NCBI GenBank assembly: GCA_038248345.1
Contig: JBBRXO010000059.1
Span: 1 to 17,099, forward strand
Direction: 5' to 3'
DNA length: 17,099 nt
DNA from: Armatimonadota bacterium
GTDB lineage: Bacteria; Armatimonadota; Hebobacteria; CAIYQO01
Position 1 is the stretch's first letter. Every line of letters starts with the position of its first letter. Below are positions 15,301 through 17,099 of this stretch, piece after piece. A program made the position numbers and the translations under genes. The notes beneath the pieces are model-generated. The model was given only the letters and a program-made list of their open reading frames with translations, was not told the DNA's origin and did not search any database.

Positions 15301-17099
15301 AATTTCTTCAATGGCGCTCTGGCCGGTCAGGTGGAGCACCTTGGGAGCCAGGTAGACGCCGTTGGCCGGGCGCACGAAGAGCAACACGGTAGAGTCCGGC
15401 TGGTTAGTGTTGATCTTCAGACTCACTGCTTCGCCTGGTTTGTAGTCGCGCTTGTCCTGAACCAGTTCAATATCGTTAAAGCGGAACTGGTTGTTGTCAG
15501 CGCCTTCGCCACGGATGGTGAAGACGTAGCCGCCCTCCTGGGTATTATGGCCTTTGCGGTCATCCAGTGTGTAGCTCAGGCGATATTGTCCGGCTTCGGT
15601 CGCTTTTATTTGTAGCGTAGTAACGCCCAGGTCGTTGGTATCCAACGCCCACTGTTGCACTTCGGTTTCCACTGGCGTCACTTTGTCACCATCTTTGTTG
15701 TAGCTGATCTTCAGCAGGCGCAAGTTACCTTTGCCTGGTACGGGCTGACTGCTGAGCGTCTGGGCATTGATGTCGACCTGGATGACATCGCCGACGCGAT
15801 AGTAGCCGCGGTCTACCGAGACGTAGACTTTGAACGGTTTACGCGCGACGAGTACCGTACCGGCACCGGTGATAGTACGGCGGGATTTATCGGTTACTTC
15901 GGCTGTTATCTCATATTTGTGATCCATATCGCCTTGAATCGCCTTGGCGAGCGCGGTATCGATATCGACCTTCACGGTACCGTCGGCCCCGATGGTGGTC
16001 TCAATCTCTGCGATAAGCTCTGGTTGCGGCGTGTTGCGATAGTACCCCTGCCACCAGATTGGCGTTGGGCGCACACAGCCCCATTCGCTCCAGCCGGGAT
16101 ACCAGGTGTAGTCATAGCCATACCACCAGTAGCCGGGGCCATAGAACCAATCCCATTTTGCCGCTGGATACCAGCTAGCGCTGTAGCCAGTGCGGAGTAT
16201 TTTATACTTCACTTTGGCATCGGTGACGGGAGCGCCGAAGTAGTAGTTCGCCTTGATGGTGGCCTGAATTTTGTCGCCCAGCATCACCGGCTCGGTGGGG
16301 GCGTCTACTTTCACTTCAAATTCCGGCTTTTTGTACTCCTCCACGCGGAAGGTTACCGAGCCGCCGGTGTAGCTACCAGCATCTGCGATAACAGGTGCCC
16401 GCGCAATGTCTTTCAGTGCGCCGCGCATGGGCATTGGCGTTACAGTTACCGGCTCATTGTTATAATTGTAGGGTATCTGCACGCTATACACGCCCAGGGT
16501 AGCATCTTTGGCCAGGGTATAGTCGCCGTCGATGCCGCCAAATTCGTCGGCTGTGTAGGTTTTCTCGAAGATCTTCTCACCCTTGGGGTTATAGATCTCT
16601 ACCGGGAAGGACTTGCCCGCGTAGGGGTTTTTATCGCCCTGGTCGTATTTCGCTGTACTCACCCAGAATTTGAACTTCATCGCCTGGTTAGGGCGATATA
16701 CCGGGCGATCGGTGAGGGCGAAGGTCTTCATGGCGTTGTATTCGGAATCATATTGCCCGCCATACCAGGCGCCAGAGAAGCCCAGGTAGGCCAGCCGATT
16801 ATCCTTGGTAGCGGTGGTGAGCCAGGTGTAATTGGTGTCCAAAGGTTTGCCAAAATATTGTCCCTGGGCGTCAGTTGTGCCCTGTACGTTGGTAGTGGTG
16901 ATGTTATAGTACCCGCCGCCATTATCTTTATTGTTTACCCAATCCTGATGGTAGCCGAAGAAGTCCAGTTTGGCGTTCGGGATCGCCGCGCCGCTAACGG
17001 CATCGGCAACATAATAGTAGGTACCATTCGGCATGGGTTTCTTCACGATAGTAGTATCGGCCACCCAGATGATGATGCGGCTGATGTTGCCGTTCGGCA
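12349..17099 (-). CDS. Bacterial alpha-2-macroglobulin family protein (5' end outside the window)
   Basis: TDRPVYRP (MG2), FRVEEYKKPEF, IRSDFADSAFW, MPENLTTW, thioester YPYGCTEQ, DGGWGW and C-terminal AMYAPE. The frame stays open from 17064 to the window edge (PNGNISRIIIWVADT), so the ORF-track start is not the true start. Confidence 0.95.
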   Translation of the reverse strand, partial: PNGNISRIIIWVADTTIVKKPMPNGTYYYVADAVSGAAIPNAKLDFFGYHQDWVNNKDNGGGYYNITTTNVQGTTDAQGQYFGKPLDTNYTWLTTATKDNRLAYLGFSGAWYGGQYDSEYNAMKTFALTDRPVYRPNQAMKFKFWVSTAKYDQGDKNPYAGKSFPVEIYNPKGEKIFEKTYTADEFGGIDGDYTLAKDATLGVYSVQIPYNYNNEPVTVTPMPMRGALKDIARAPVIADAGSYTGGSVTFRVEEYKKPEFEVKVDAPTEPVMLGDKIQATIKANYYFGAPVTDAKVKYKILRTGYSASWYPAAKWDWFYGPGYWWYGYDYTWYPGWSEWGCVRPTPIWWQGYYRNTPQPELIAEIETTIGADGTVKVDIDTALAKAIQGDMDHKYEITAEVTDKSRRTITGAGTVLVARKPFKVYVSVDRGYYRVGDVIQVDINAQTLSSQPVPGKGNLRLLKISYNKDGDKVTPVETEVQQWALDTNDLGVTTLQIKATEAGQYRLSYTLDDRKGHNTQEGGYVFTIRGEGADNNQFRFNDIELVQDKRDYKPGEAVSLKINTNQPDSTVLLFVRPANGVYLAPKVLHLTGQSAIEEIAVAQADMPNFFVEAVTVCNGKLYSETREICVPPVKRAIDVAVTPNSKKYLPGEIATVKIKLTDPDGNPVVGSTAVTMYDKSLEYISGGSNVPDIKDFFWKWRRSHYQSSVTNLTRGGYNITLPDEKTMGILGTFGYTVADDEGDTGGGFGRGGLGGPHGNLMYARRGATGVPMAMAAPAMSDSLMANKNEAGPMGSQGLPGDKNTPGMPDIPNGVMPTIRSDFADSAFWAPSVITDANGEATIDIQMPENLTTWKTKVWAMGNGTAVGEGSAETMTSKNVIIRLQAPRFFVQKDEVVLSAVVHNYLSNKKTVKVVLEADGGCLQPLGAFVNADPKVFPAQEQIIEIEPNTDQRVDWRVAVTQPGEATIRMKAITDEESDAMEQKFPVYVHGMLKTESFSGVIRPDATSGAMDINVPAERRPEQSKLEIRYSPTLAGAMVDALPYMVDYPYGCTEQTLNRFLPTVITQKVLLGMGLNLKDIETKRTNLNAQEIGDDKTRAKQWKRFDRNPVFSETEVNAMVKAGIEKLASMQCADGGWGWFSGYGEQSYSHTTAVVVHGLQQARANGVAVPPDMIARGIQWLTNDQNRRVAELQAHKDWTAYAMDAYTYMVLVDECVDNIAMRDFLYRDRLGLPVYSLSMFGIALDKVKDIEKRDMVIRNIDQYLVQDDENQTAYLKLPGDNYWWYWYGSEYEAQAYYLKLLTITDPKGQKASRMVKYLLNNRKNATYWNSTRDTAIVVEAFADYMKASGEDKPNMTVDVMIDGVKVKTVKIDNTNLFTFDNKVVLEGDAVTTGAHKIELVKTGVGPLYFNAYLTNFTLEDMITKAGLEIKVNRKYYKLERVAKSIKAEGSHGQAVDQQVVKYNRLELANLDTVKSGDMIEIELEIDSKNDYEYILFEDMKAAGFEPAEVQSGYNGNEMGAYMELHDERVSFFVRSLARGKHSISYRMRAEIPGQFSALPTKASAMYAPELKANSDEIKLRIVD

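Overview
Bacterial, moderately GC-rich chromosomal window with two gene blocks that converge at about 6.7-7.0 kb. The left block has a divergent tatC (partial, minus strand) / tatA pair and a [NiFe]-hydrogenase maturation operon hypF-hypC-hypD-hypE; hypA, hypB and structural genes are not in the window. The right block, on the minus strand, has a large alpha-2-macroglobulin (5'-truncated, intact CxEQ thioester motif), an intrinsic terminator, a SAM methyltransferase, a GT-C glycosyltransferase, gltX and glnS. The most interesting signals are outside the ORF track. (i) An unannotated 55-aa single-TM protein gene (1424-1591, minus) has its own near-consensus sigma70 promoter and a strong RBS. 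(ii) tatA has a ~230-nt structured leader with competing helices. (iii) tatC appears to be leaderless. (iv) A Rex-like operator lies before hypF. (v) A dense mosaic of about five sequence-distinct REP/REPIN-like palindrome types is present, some with compensatory base changes, and one copy encodes the C-terminal 8 residues of GluRS. No transposase, CRISPR array, rRNA or tRNA was seen. All functional assignments come from motif recognition by eye, without database searches.
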